DNA from: Girardia tigrina
Taxonomy: Eukaryota
DNA length: 55,211 nt
Direction of reading: 5' to 3'
NCBI GenBank assembly: GCA_001938485.1
Contig: MQRK01188983.1
Coordinates: forward strand, 1-55,211
The notes beneath the pieces are model-generated. The model did no database searches. It worked only from the letters and a program-made list of their open reading frames with translations, and was not told the DNA's origin. This document shows, one piece after another, positions 13,041-27,110 of the stretch. Positions within the stretch are counted from its first letter, which is position 1, and each line of letters starts with the position of its first letter. The translations under genes and the position numbers were made by a program.

Positions 13041-13234
13041 CAGGTTGAGCGCCATAGTGGTCATTATGGCTCCGGCAAGTTTACATTTAACGTCGCAATT
13101 TTTCCACTGTGACCGCTCGTTTTTTTGCATTTTATGGTGTTACGTGGCCGCTATGGTTGTATAAATAGCATTGAGTTTAAAAAATATAATATGCTTTGCA
13201 ATATGTTAAAAGTTTTGCCTTGGTACTCAACATG
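13041..13234. mobile_element. TTAA-flanked MITE (piggyBac-like)
   Basis: TTAA|CAGGTTGAGCGCCA ... TGGTACTCAACATG|TTAA imperfect TIRs. Confidence 0.6.
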
Positions 13235-13292
13235 TTAAACGACACAAAAATATAAACCATAAAAAATATTTCTTTGGTTAATTTCGGTTTGA

Positions 13293-13553
13293 CCCTTTGA
13301 CTATCATTTGGAAAATACGTCCCAAGAGATTTCAAAAAATTCCAGAAAGATAAATTAGTATGCGAAATCGGTTATTTGCATCCCAGTTGTACATAGTACA
13401 TAGTTGTACATAGTGGATGTACTCTTGCGCCCCATCTACATGCACTACCTGAAAACTTGTCAGTACTTGTCAGTTAAGAGTTTGCTTTTGCGCTAGGACC
13501 ATCTTCTTATTTTTATTGAATAAGAGTAAAAAAATAGTTCGGAAGTCGAAGGG
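13293..13553. mobile_element. piggyBac-like MITE
   Basis: TTGA|CCCTTTGACT ... AGTCGAAGGG|TTAA; CCC/GGG termini, left TTAA mutated. Confidence 0.5.
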
Positions 13554-15706
13554 TTAAATTTATTTTTATTTATAATAATGATAATAAAAACAATAATAAT
13601 AATAATCTTAAATATAAATTAATAAAAACCATCTTCCATTGAAACAGTTTCTCTTGATTCTAAAAATAAATAAATAAATAATAGAAATGAATAAATAAAT
13701 AAATAATTTTTCAGACACTCTAATACTCAAGAGAAAAATAAAGACGAAAAAGCAAATCTAACTGCAATGATTCGGAAAATTTTATTCGAAATTAAACATT
13801 TATTGTAAATATTATTGTTTTTCTTTGAAAAAAAATTAATTAAAAATTAATTAATCAGTTAAATTTCCCTATTAAAAAGAGAATGACAAGACGAAATAAG
13901 AGAGAAAAGAGTGTAAATCCAATAGATAAATAATTATAAAAAATTTAATTAAATAAAAAAAAATAAAAAATCATTTTACTCATCTTTTTAAGGGTGTTTT
14001 TGATAATTATAGAGGACTTAAATTTCCACTTCGAAAAGACTATTGCGAGATCAGGTCTTGTTAGGTCTATCTGTTACAGATTGAAATAACATGTTCTATT
14101 TTTCTCATATTAAAAAAGAAGAATCTTCATATGAAAAGGTTAATAATGGATTAATACAGATAGTTTAAAGAAAAAATAATAAAAAATTATTATAATTAGT
14201 CTCTCGACAGATTTTATTTTGAGAATTTCCTCAAAAGAAGTATAATTGATAAAGAGAAAAATGTCTCTTTTTAAAAAAGGACAATCATAAATACGGTAAA
14301 AAGATTCATTAAAAAAGCGGAAATGGAAAAGGACGAGAGAAAAAGTTTGTAATAATTAATTATATTTTTGCTTGGAAAATGCACCTAGAGTCATTTTTGT
14401 CCTCTGACAGAAAGGGGGACAGACAAATAAAACAGGAATCCAACAGGAAAAATATTGTTAAATTGTTACGAAAGCCAAACTAAAATTTTTAAAATCGTTC
14501 GTAAAATGAGTTTTTTTTAACTTTGAGACTCAATAAAGAAATATATCATTATATATTATGAAAGCATTTTCTTTTTAACAATTAATATTTTTAATTTTTC
14601 CCTTCCAAAAAATAAAATGATATTAAATTCTTTCAAGATTTTTTATTTAAATTGACTGAATTTATTTATTAATTTGTCTAAAATTAATTACGATTATGAT
14701 CTATGTACTTAAATCTGAATTTTAAATATTAATAACTACCTGAAATTTAAAAAAAAATAATATAAATTTTTTATACTTTATGTTTAAATATTTTACAGAT
14801 TAAATTTGAAAAATTCTAAAAATTTATGAGTTTGCCAAAACATCCTCACAACGTGTTGTCAGTGTCATAAAATTTTGAAAAAATATACGCAATTTCGGTG
14901 TTGCAAAACCGTTAGGGTACGTGTGGGAATAGTAAGACGATCAATTATCCCAAAATTACTTCAAAATTTATTTTCTCTTTCTTTATTTCTTTCCTAAAAA
15001 GGTCTAAATTGTAACACGTACGAATAATAAGATAACACAGAGAATACTAAATATCCCATGTAATACAACTAATGGCAGACAAAGTGTGATGGGTTGGGTC
15101 ATGGCACTGGGTTTGATTCAGGGAGTAATTATCGATAACTCTGGTACAATTCGCTTCACTGATTATAAATTAAGTTTGCAGAAGTAAAAATTTAATATTT
15201 TAAATTTCTGAATATAAAAATGATAAACATTTTAATGGTTTAATCTACTTTTAATACCGGATTAATACGGAGAAAATATGAGCAAAATCATATTTTTCAT
15301 AAAAAAAATAAAATTATTCTGAATTTAATCTGGGAGTATGTTTTGATGAAACATATGGTGGATGATTCTGGAAATACTTCTGAACATAAAAGTCTTCATC
15401 GTTAATACAAATCTAATAGAAGGACGCCTTTAATTTCAAAGGTTTGTTAAGAAAGAATTACCTTTCCATTTATCTTATTTTAATTAACGGGTTTTATATG
15501 TAAATAGAAGTATTTTTAATGTATAATATTAATAACATTTTAAAAACAACATTATTGACTTTTATGAATTATTTTTACTGGGATTTAGTCTCCTGATGTG
15601 GCTCTAGAGGAGGGGATAATAAATAGTTAAAATGTTTTTTTTTATTTTCGAATTATTTCGTTTTACAAATGTTTCTATAAATTTTAAAACATAAAAAACG
15701 AAAAAG

Positions 15707-16197
15707 TATGAAATACTTTCGAATGGTGTTTATTGAATTTTGTGTTTGGAATGTTGTTTTAGGATTGTGTTTCTCCGACCCAGATGGAAGATTGATATTT
15801 TGAGTGTTTTGGACAGTCGGACTATTTTCGGAAAATTATAAAATATAAATCACATCTTTAAAATTAAATTAATCCATTTTAATCAATAAATAAATAAAAC
15901 TATTTTAAACAAATATTTTAAATTTATTTGAAAGTGATTTTAAATATTGAATTTATCTATTTTATTCAAATGCATTTAAAATGAATTAAAATATTTTTGA
16001 AAATAATTTTAAATTATTTAAATAAGGAATTGTAATTTTAATTTGTTCGAATTATAAGATTTTTAGAAATAAAATTTAAAAATTTTATCAATCAAGAACG
16101 ATATCTAAATACGAAAGTTTTGTGGAGAATTGTCCTGAAGGAAATTCGAGTTGTGATGTCGATAAAATTATTGGTTATTATATTAGTGTACTTGGTA
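15707..16197 (+). mobile_element. Diverged copy of the TG..TA dispersed family
   Basis: Contains GGATTGTGTTTCTCCGACCCAGATGGAAGATTGA and the block encoding YESFVENCPEGNSSCDVDK. Ends degenerate; no clear TSD. Confidence 0.7.
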
Positions 16198-16199
16198 TA

Positions 16200-17300
16200 G
16201 AAAATATAAAATTTCATGTATTAACTCCCCTTAATTTTCCATTTTCTGCTTTGTTTCATATTTCTCTTGATTTATATGATCTTTGAGCGCCATATTTAAC
16301 CCATCTTGATTTATTAACAAAAATAAACTAAAATTAAAAATCGATGTTGTCATATTTGATTTAATTTGTCTTTATAAGCATATATAATATTAAGAAATAT
16401 TACCTCTTTGTTCTTATTAAAAAAATATGATTTTGATCAAGGTTTTTTTCGTATTTTTCCTTTTTTTCTAATTCCTTCATTATTTTAATATTGCTGCATA
16501 TATTTGGCCGATATATAGAAAGTAATCAAAGCATACAAATGGAATGGATAACACCTATTTAATTCTGAAATACAGACAATATCAGACAAGTGAAATTTGA
16601 AAGGCCATATTTTAGCCTTAACGGAGGCTGTTCACCATTCTTTTGCAACTAACTTTAATGATGCTTGTTTTTTGGTAAATAAAGGATCAAAGAAGATTTA
16701 TTCTGAAAAACCATGTTCAAATCACTATAACAGTTCCCAGTAGGTGGGTACGCATTGTGTATATCGTTTCTCATTTATGATTTAAGAAAGGTGTCTACAA
16801 ATAGAGAGCACAACTTCAAATAACCCACGAAGAAAGTGATATGGCATTAACTAACAGAAATTTGTAACTTTTAAACAAAATCTGAAATTTTATTGCTCTT
16901 GTGATATCCTATTAATGACTGAATATTTGAAATTTTGTGCCCGACATTCTCTGCTAAAAACATTTGAAAGGAAATTATGCACAGGTTGCCACCCTCTCTT
17001 AAATTCTAAAGTCCATGTTAAGAAGGTCAGTTGTCTTTATAATTATATGTAATATTAAGAAATATTACCTCTTTGTTCTTATTCAAAAGAAATATTGTTA
17101 TAATTCAGTATTCTTCAATATCTTCCTGAAATATAAAAATAAAATAAAACAAACATATACAGCGTATATTTGCCACTTTGACTCTTCTTGATGGCGCTTG
17201 AAACTGGATTATGTTCTTTGTCTAGGATTCCTTGTTTTTCTCCACGATAGAAGAACTTTTCTTGCAAGACATATTGTCTTAAAATCAAAAAATGAAATAG
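16200..17300 (-). pseudogene. Spliced gene remnant with 34-35 nt introns, possibly RRM-containing
   Basis: Minus-strand exon IQFQAPSRRVKVANIR, intron gtatat..tttcag (35 nt), exon EDIEEY*, intron gtaata..ataaag (34 nt); in-frame stops. Confidence 0.35.
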
Positions 17301-17819
17301 AAAAGGTATTAACCTAGATAATAATTATGTAAATAATTAAAGAAAGTATTGTTGAGTTTTCAAATATTTTACTTATATGATGTGTTGGAAAATTCTTTAC
17401 AATTCTCTGGCACACAAATTATTGATTGATAACTAATGTTAAATATATATTCTATATACGCGGTTAATACGCTTACATAACATGATTACAAAAATAAATT
17501 ACATAAAGAAAACATTTCAAAGTGGTTTGTGTGTGTGACCTTTTTCAATATCTGAATGGAATAAAAGTCATTTTAGTCATTAATAGGCAAATGTTCATTC
17601 ATTCGTGCTACAGGAAATAATTTTTGAGAAAAAAGTCAAAAAGTCATCACCCTAATATGCACATATCCGTTGTATGAAATATTATTAGTCCTTTAAAACA
17701 ACTACTTATTAAGGTAATCAATACCACCAAATCAATGAAGTAGTACTTTGTCTTCCTTTCTAATCCGAGGACATTTTTAATGAACCAATTAAAAGAAATA
17801 ATATCTTATGTATGTATTA

Positions 17820-19461
17820 CATTGAATAACAGTCAAAAAATTAACAGAGGTTTCTCAGCCGATTTAGACTAATTTATGTGTTCTGAGTTCAAATATTACA
17901 TTGATTTCACTCTATCAGATCAACCTTTTGAGATACAGTCATATGCTTACCTGCCAAATATATAATTATATATTCAAAATATAATTCAATATTCTCTATA
18001 TTCAACATTCAATATAGTTCTATATATAATATATAATTCAAAATGTACTTAATTAACCATTAGCCAATCAAATTTATTCTAAATTTCATTGTCTGACACT
18101 CAGCTGCATCTTTCTTTTTTGTTTCATTTTTTTGTGATGGCTTCGGCGCAGCGGTCATGCAGGAATAGCCTTGACCTTTTCTGCTACAATTGCCAAGAAT
18201 ACACGCTGTTAGGGGACAAGAAGAACATCACATGATACGATCTGAGAGATTGACGATTCTTCATTGACACGATACTTCATTGCAAGCGCTCTTTGAAGTG
18301 TGTGCTCCTCAACAACGAGAAAAAGTTTGTCTCAATATCTGTAGTGTGACTCCACCACTTTCAAAGAGAAATATAAAGCAAATCCAATATGAGTAGCACC
18401 AATGGATGATCTGCGTCGATTTAAAGATGGGGAACTTTCTACTTGGTCAGTAGTCCGGGTTTACGAAGTACCCATGTTTTATATGTGTGTGAGACATTCG
18501 AGACAGAGCCCATCACTATGTAAAGAAAGAGTGGCCCGCGCGAGAGCAGTTAGTACCTGGGGCGAGAAACATCATAAACGAACCTCTTATTGATCCCACC
18601 GCTACACATCAAGCTTGCGTTAATGAAACAGTTTACGCGAGCTCTAGACAAAGAGGGGATGTGCTTCAACTACCTGTGCCGAGCTTTTCCTCGATTGACC
18701 ATTGAGAAGCTGAAGGCCGGCATTTTTGATGGCCCATAAATACGGTAGCTCATAAAGGACACAGAGTTCCAAAGCTCCATGAAAACGCTAGTATGTGCCG
18801 TGTGAAAATCGTTTGTGCAGGAGGTGAACAACTTCCTGGGGAACATGAAGGCAGCAAACCACGCAAGACTCATCAGCAGCATCATAGAGGTCTTCCAAAA
18901 ATTCGATTGTTTGAGTAGGTTTAAAAAGCACTTCCTGTTCTCACATATGGGTAACTTTCCTGAAAATCTTTCCTGACAAGCACAGATAAGGTTCCATAAT
19001 GATATGCTCCAAATGAATGAGAGGTACCAGGGAAGTTGGGACACAGTCATAATAGCGGACTACTGCTGGTCGCTGAAGAAATACAACCCGGCAGCTGCTC
19101 ACACACGGGAATCGAAGAAACGCCGATTTATGTTGTGAATTCTGAACTTTTGTATCACTTAACGCTCATTCTTATACTAATATAATTATGCTTATCAAAT
19201 ATAATGGATTAAATAAAAACTGAATGAATACGTGGACTTTTATTTCTCGAGGAAAACGGAAAAATCGTCAAGTGTTTCTAAGCTGATGATCGCAGAAAAT
19301 TATTTTTAAGAAAAAATTATTTTTTTTTAAATTTCTGTAACAAAAAAACCTGACCTGATTGAGCAAAACCAAGGTCATCTTCGGACTCAGAGCATCAAAA
19401 TTAGTCTAATTCAACTGGAAAACTCTGGATGATATTCAAAAAATATTTTTGTTACTCAGTG
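17820..19461 (+). mobile_element. Chapaev3 (CMC superfamily) DNA transposon, internally deleted
   Basis: TTA|CATTGAATAACA ... TGTTACTCAGTG|TTA with long imperfect subterminal inverted repeats (TTAGACTAATTT/AAATTAGTCTAA). Transposase pieces at 18137-19138: RSCRNSLDLFCYNC, PPLHIKLALMKQF, KAGIFDGP, RYQGSWD..IADYCWSL. Confidence 0.9.
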
Positions 19462-22400
19462 TTATTTATATCATTACATGATAAAAATTTTACAGTATAT
19501 AAACATTTTTTACATTATAAATAGGATTTAAATGACGAAACTATGAAAAACAAAAAAACATTTCTGAGACGCATATTGATGAATTTGGGCGTAGTCCAAA
19601 TCTCGAGAGAGATTTCTTACAATAATTCTTTTATGTATTTATTAAATAATTAATTTTATATTTTTTTTTAATTTTTGTTCTGTTTTCTCGGTTTTCTAAC
19701 AACTTGAAATTTTGCTCTCCGCCTCAAGTTCTATCAATGTCACTCAAGATAGTACATTTTGTCATTCGGAGAAAATAGTAAAAAAGATCATAATGAATCA
19801 TTAAAAATTTGACAAGCAATTTTGAATTCCCCACAGGAAAGATTTTCAAAATTACTGAGGCGGCAAATCTTTAAGAAAAATTAATTAGAAACATATACAC
19901 ATCTTTTTTAAAAATGGTGAGAAATTCTCTTCTTAATTATGTATTAGGAAAGTTAAAACGTTTTCACTGGGGGATCAAACTGTAAATTACCAATGTTAGA
20001 AGATTAGTTATAAGTTTGGTCCACGTGTTGAGGGATCACTCTCCAACTTCTTCTAAGAAAGAAAATTGAATTTTTAGGACAGTTTTGATGCAACTATCGA
20101 TAATGGAGTATACGGAGAATAAATTTATTATAACAAATTTAACTTGGTGTTTATTAAAATGCGCCCCAGAACATACTCAAAAAGTTACACAAAAATACTA
20201 TAGAACCAAAAATAATCGAATAATTATTTAATAATTTCATTCGATAAAAGCAACCAGGCCCGACAAATCATCTCGAGATGGTTATTGTGGTTGGATTTAT
20301 CGACAAAATCAGATACAAACGAGAATCCATCCCCATGGGGACTCACTCTCCAAACTCTTCGTGTGATCGGGATCCGAAAATTATAAATCACATATCGATC
20401 CTTCGGCTGGCACCCATTGTTACCGATTAAGTGCTCGGATTTGATCGAAAGTCACGATTGACTGCCAAGAATATAGAATATCGCTCATCAATAACGGCCG
20501 AGAGATTCAAATGGTCGTCTCCATCTGGAATGCAGTATATTCACACGACAGCCGATCCATATTTCCTCATACACTCGTCATATATACCTAAAGGCTTTTT
20601 GGATTTACTATTACATTACTAAAATTTGCTATTACATTTTTTCCTAAGGTTGCATACTTATTGAACGCACCACGTAATTTTTCCTCGTCATTTCTTATTA
20701 CATGTACAAAAGTTATGTTTATGTAACCCTAAACCAATAAGATCTCTTAAGCCAAGCTTACTGATCTTTAATCTGATGCTTACCATTTGAGATACATATT
20801 CTTGATTAACCTTTTTGGAGAGCATCTCTTTTCTAAATGAAACTTTCCACAAATTTCAATTTTAAAAGAAAACTATAATTTATTAAAATTAATTTGATTA
20901 ATAAATCCTTAATGAAACAGATCAACCGATTTCATTCGGGGTTATTTGCCCATTTATCATTGGAATGGTTGTCAGAATTCGTTTATTTAGCGACAGAGAT
21001 TTGATTGAAATTGACCCCTCGAACAAATAATGAATGTCTGAAACAAACTCATAAACATAAGAGGGAAATAGGCGCAATTAATATTGGGAAATTTCGACTG
21101 TTTTCGTTGAAATGTTAAAGATGAAATTTCTGGTTTGAAACAAACAAATTTTCCTTTCAGTTGTGACGACGGCGAAATATAATCAAAAGAAATTTCAAAT
21201 TACATTTTGTTTCTCATCACAAATATATTTAAAAGAAAAGAAAATAATTTTTGTTATTAAATTATCTTTAGAAAAATAGAGAAAAGATTTTTATTTCTTT
21301 TGTAAATTATACAACCTTCCGAGCTTTAAAGTTCAACTTTAACATGTAAATGTGTTTTAAGTACGTATTTTGAAATGAAATAGAGAAATGTTTTTTTACA
21401 TAATGACCTTTTAGAGAGCGAATTGGAAGAGGAAATCGAAATAATAACAATAAAAATATGACTAATATGAAAATATAAACCATGTATTTATGATAAATGT
21501 GATACATCAAGACATCCTTTATTTACTCTGAACCAGTACCACCTGGGGAGCGATTCTCTAAACTTCACCCTCCAGAATAATAATTATGATTTAAAATAAT
21601 ATGTTTCTTACTTGACAAAGAATTTCAGATATTATTGATAAAGTTCATTGGGAATAATTCTCATCGTGGTTTTGCATATACTGAAACAAGTATTTCAGTT
21701 TGAGTTGTTCGGCATTCCACGTTATAGAATCGTGTCGCTCAGATAGTATGCGCTTACTCTTCTGACAAAATTAACAACAAAGAATAGTTCTTATAACACA
21801 ACTAACTGAAAATTCAATAGACACCGCTCTGGATATGAATTCGCCCAATCGATCAATAAACAGATAATTTCACCTCACTTTTACCGAAGATTACCTCATC
21901 GATTAGACGTCAGCTACTTATTCTCTGAAACGAAACTCTTTTGTGATCATGTCATGTCAACTTCTTTAATCAGTTTCAACTAATTAATGTTAATTATTTA
22001 TAACTAATTAAACGTTATTGTTTCTATTCATTTATTATAAACAATAATATAAGACATACATTATTAATTTGCCTTAACCTGATTGTACAATAACTAATTA
22101 ACTGATTTGTCATTCGATTAGTTACGACTATCCTATTTTAATATTTATCTCATAACCAATGTACAAATGCTTGAACAAAACTTAACATCCAGAAGTACTT
22201 TCAGCCTTGTTCATTGAAAACCATTGGTCATCCTCAATGTCTTCCGTCTATTGAATTAAAATTGCCTTTATTGAAATGCTGGAGTCATTCTGTGCCATTC
22301 GCGACGCAACTTTGTATTACTTTATACATAAAAAGTTGATTTGTTAGTTGCTTTTACATCCAAATTCCGATTCAAATAACAATACAACAATACACAAAGA

Positions 22401-24486
22401 CCAAAATTTGTGCTTTTGTAATCAAACATCTAAATATAGAAAAAACAAATAAAATTTCAAACATACTGTTTTTAACATAACTCATGAGTGATAAATAGTC
22501 AGTCACTATTGAAAAAGACAACCTAAAAGACCAGACTTTCACTACCACAATATATAAAAAGGTATAAATTTTAACATAATACACGATTATTTCCTTAATT
22601 TACAATCTTATTATCTGACGTATCATGGAACTCGTAGGAGGGGATATAAAAGTCAATATCGATAATTAATAAGTAATTTTAATTATCATTTTGAAATGAT
22701 AAAACCTGTTTTATAAACTAAAAATGATTAAAATGTAAACAATGATTTTTGAAGGTAATATTACCATATTTGAAGGTAAAGAATGAGTCGTCTGCTCATT
22801 ATTATATTTTAACACCAGGATAACTAATAATACAACTTAATAAGACAAGGTAAATAATTTACTGATTTATAGTATTAAAATTTTCAAATTGTAGTCTTAA
22901 TAGAGTAAAAATGCGGTTGGGAAAATATTTAATTGAAAAATTCGTTAGAAGTTTAAGAGATTATTTATCAAGATCAATAGAAATTAAAGAAAAAAATAAT
23001 AAAGTTCATAAATTTTCGGTTCCACTTTGATATTAATAAAGCTAAAAAATAAGTTTCTCAAATTAAAATATGAAAATGTTAAAAAAAAGTTGTTTTAATT
23101 ATCCTCAAAACAGGCAGATTTTTAAATTAACTAGAATATAAATTGTATTATGTTCTCAAATATATTATTGGTGTTTCAATGGAGTTATTTTCACAATTGG
23201 GTGCGTTACATACTTCAGTAACTAGCAGTTTTTGTATTTTGGGATAAAAGAACACACATATTCTATATACAACGTTTTAAGCAAATAAACTCTTCAACTG
23301 AATCATTGTTTTCAATTTACTTTTCAACTCTAACAGTCTTTTCTGGACCTTTGCCGTGGGTGCACCTAATTATGCACAAGCCTTACACATTGCTCTCTAT
23401 TTGCTGCAGGTCTTCTTAAACATTTCCTGTTTTATCCGCTTCATTCATTAAAGTCAATAAATTATTTCTCGTTTAAGATTTATTTTCTTTCTTGAAATCT
23501 CTATTTTTGACTAATCTATTTTTATTTAATATTAGATGACTCCATTCAGATCTGGCTTATTGGATGACCTCTAAATTCTTAGAAATAAAGATATTAGACC
23601 TGTTCTTTACATTGAAATTCTGATAAATAATTTAAAGCATATGATCAACAATACACTGAGATAACCTCTTTGATCCATCATTCCCCTCCTTGAATGATCA
23701 AATTGAACATTATTCCCACATGTTAAAGTTTAAGTTGATAAAAACCATTTATGTTACTTTATGTAATTTGATAATTTATTTTCATGTCAATTGACACAAA
23801 GTAATATAAAAAAATAAAGTTAATTAAAAAATCAATTTCTACTTTATGTTTAACTAATATAGTAAAGTAAATATTTATATTTTATTTTTTTATAATTTTG
23901 AAACAATTAGCGTTAATTTATTAATTTATAATTAAATACTAATTAATTAACTAATTTCTAATAATAATAATTTATTAGTTATTGATGAAATTAATTAATT
24001 TAATTAATCTTTCTGAATTTTATTTAAAATTTGTTAAGTATTAAAAATGAAATTAAAATTTTTAATATGTAAAATTAATTTTTTAATAAGATAAAATAAT
24101 AGTCTAAAAGTAAAAAGGTTTCATATCAATTTAAAAAGAAAATTAAGTTAAATAAATATAGAAAAGTTATTTTTTATGTATATAAATTTTTATTTTGTAT
24201 TTGTTTTTGTAATCTAATTCAAATGTTTCTTCCCGAAATTTAAAAAGAAATTACAAAACAGAAATTTATTTTAGTAATTTGTATTTGTGATATCAATATA
24301 TAATGTTCTTGAAAATGAAATTCGTTTTGATATAATTGAAAATTGTAATTCTTCAATGCAGAAATATAATAACAAGTTTTAATGTGGAATTTCAGCTCGA
24401 TCGAGTCATAAAAGTGGTTTAATTTAAGTAATGTAATATAATAATTTATATTCAAGTTAATTTAAAAATCTATCTGTTTTGCGAAT

Positions 24487-24897
24487 TGTGAGGAATGTTT
24501 TGAATTGTGTGTAGATATTGTGCATGTTGTATGTTGATTCGGATTGTGTCTCTCCTACACAGAGGGATGATTGGTATTTTCTTTGATTCTTACTAATTAA
24601 AAATAATTTAATTTTAAAGTAAAAAGATTTAAAATAATTTTTGAATGTATTATTTATTTTTTAATGTAATTTAAAATTTTAATATATTAATTTAATGTTC
24701 TTTTTTTTTAAAAAAATGTTTAGATTTAATTTCAACCAATTAGATTCTTTATAATTAATAATTTTTATTAACAGATTTTCATTTATTGAAAATAATTAGT
24801 ATGAACTCAGAAATATATCGATCAAGATAAATGTCAAATAGTGAATGCGCTTGTGATGTTAATAAATGTTGTAAAACTCATATTGATGTTGTTAATT
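24487..24897 (+). mobile_element. Copy of the TG..TA dispersed family
   Basis: Starts TGTGAGGAATG, ends GATGTTGTTAAT; closely similar to the reverse complement of 42969-43408. TSD not preserved. Confidence 0.8.
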
Positions 24898-26272
24898 AAA
24901 ACAACTTCTTTAAACATTTTCATATTTTATTTTGAGAAACTTATTTTTTAGCTCTATTAATATCAAAGTGGAACTTTATTAATTTTTTTCTTTAATTTCT
25001 ATTCATTTTGATAAATAATCTCTTAAACTTCTAACTAATTTTTCAATCAAATATTTTCCCAGTCGCGTTTTCCTCTTTTAACACTACAAAATTGATAAAT
25101 AAAAACAAACTCTAAATAATATTTATTAAAAACAAAATATGCTTTTCAATTTAATCAAAAGTTTTATTTCTTCCCACACAAATCCACTAAGTGTTATTAC
25201 TTCCTCGTCGGGGGTCAAAAGAGTCCTCTATTAATGATTCGAAAAATATAAATTGATAAAATAAAAACAATCTCATACCGAAAACCCGTTAATTTCTTTG
25301 ATCTTTTTTCTCTAAAACCGAGATTATTTTTGGAATTTATTTCAGGATTTTTTCCGCAAATATTTTTGTTTTATTGTCCCGACATTTACTGTTCGTTCAT
25401 TAATTAAAACTAATCAATTTTGAATTGTTTTTATCATCATTGAAAATGGAATTTCCATTGAGAATCTGTCAAGAAATAATAGGATAATATTTTTTATTCT
25501 TTCTTTATTTTCCGGTAAAATTGGTGATTGAAAAATTCCCAATTTTCCGAAATTCTATTTTTTTCAATTTATTTTTATTATTATTTATTTTTTTTCTGAC
25601 CCCCTCAAAAGAAAACATTGTCCAAAGCTTTTATTAGTTTTAGTAAAATAAAGAAAACTCTTTGAAAAAAATATTTCATTAAATTTTCATGAAGTTAACT
25701 GGAATGATTCCTGTTAGCAGTGACAGTTGTTAATTGGTAGGAGGGTGACTTCAAAGAGAAGGGAGGGGGCAAAAGAATGAATTAAAACAAACAACATTTG
25801 ATATATGGAAAAACAGAAAAAATTATTAATAATTGTTAATGGGAAATCAGTGATGTGAAAATTATATTACCCCGATGGGGATCAATTAATGAGTTCATGT
25901 CAAATTTAATCAGTAGTTCTCAATTTATTATTACTGATAACTGTGAGCAACAATTCCACCCGCAGTCAAAAAAATTAAAATATTAATAAAATTTATTATT
26001 ATTATTATTATCTGTTTATATAATCAACTATTATAATAACAAACCGTTATTAAATTTATTTTTGATAAATAATTTCATGTACTTTTATGCACCCTTGTCA
26101 GGTTATGAATGACCCGTTATTGGTTTTAGTCATCAAAATAAAGGTATATTATGATGATAATTCGTGGTTATAAAATATATTAAATAATGTTAATTTGTAA
26201 ATAGATTAACAAAACGAGTATGTAAATCAATGAGTATCTGACTTGACAAGAAGAAAAATAAGTTTAATAATA

Positions 26273-26497
26273 TTAGGTTGAGGAATAAGTTCCCGCCGTT
26301 TTTTGAATTTTTAATCAATTTAATTTTGTGATTTGGGCGATTTCTACCAAAGAGGCATTGAAAAACTCGTTGAACTTTGGGAAGAAGTCATGAACAATGG
26401 CGGAGATTATATTTGTGATTAATTTGTAGTAACTTTTTTGTTAAAAAATAAAATTTTAATTTTTCAAAAAACGGCGGAAACTTATTCCTCAATCCAA
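26273..26497 (+). mobile_element. mariner-derived MITE (225 bp)
   Basis: TA|TTAGGTTGAGGAATAAGTTCCCGCCGTTTTTTGAA ... TTCAAAAAACGGCGGAAACTTATTCCTCAATCCAA|TA; retains the transposase tail FYQRGIEKLVELWEEVMNNGGDYI. Confidence 0.92.
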
Positions 26498-26544
26498 TAA
26501 AACAATTTCTTATAAGAAAGCGTACAGACAAATTCAATCACGGA

Positions 26545-26690
26545 AAACTGTAAAATATTGTGTGAAAGAGTTAAAAGGTGAACGAACCTCTGTTCTTAAT
26601 GAAGAAAAAGAAGGCAGTCCAGCGTAAATTTTGAACACAGTGGTAAAAAGGTTGTAGAAAATGAAACCGTCAAATAACCAGGAGATTGCT
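26545..26690 (+). pseudogene. mariner transposase N-terminal scrap
   Basis: KELKGERTSVLNEEKEGSP resembles the mariner F..GRTSxxDExRxGRP motif. Confidence 0.4.
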
Positions 26691-26699
26691 GACACTACG

Positions 26700-27110
26700 A
26701 ATGATCCTTAGCCTAAATTCAATTTCTTCAACAGTGAATTTATTGCCGTACGACTATATCCCCTGCCCAAAAAATTAAAAGCATGTTCAGCAATAAATCT
26801 CCTACGCCCCTATGATTGTGTTCAGATCTTGTTTACCTTTACACATGTAATGGGTGTAAGACAACATGCATAGAAGAGACTTCGCGTCATCTCTGAAACA
26901 GAATCCAGGAACACAGTAATGAAGGTGGAAGTAACATTGCAGGACATAGAAGACAGAAAAGGAGGTATAAATCCACAACACTTTAAAATTCTGTGCACTC
27001 AATTTTAAAACTATTGGGAGAGAGTGATATGTGACGCGTTATATATAAGATCTTTGGATCCTAAAATTAACGTACAAACTGAATTCTCTACAACGTCTTG
27101 ATTGCACAAT
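26700..27110 (+). mobile_element. Penelope-like GIY-YIG endonuclease remnant
   Basis: SDLVYLYTCNGCKTTCIEETSRHL*NRIQEH..SNIAGH and DALYIRSLDPKINVQ. Confidence 0.85.

Noticed and set aside
21500-21950. Possible Ig-domain exons on the minus strand (ECRTTQTEILVSVYAKP, PRWYWFR)
   Set aside because: Too short and stop-ridden to support a call.
25700-25970. Cluster of TAAT/TGACAG homeodomain-like sites (also about 12745-12830)
   Set aside because: Not distinguishable from background in AT-rich DNA without conservation data.
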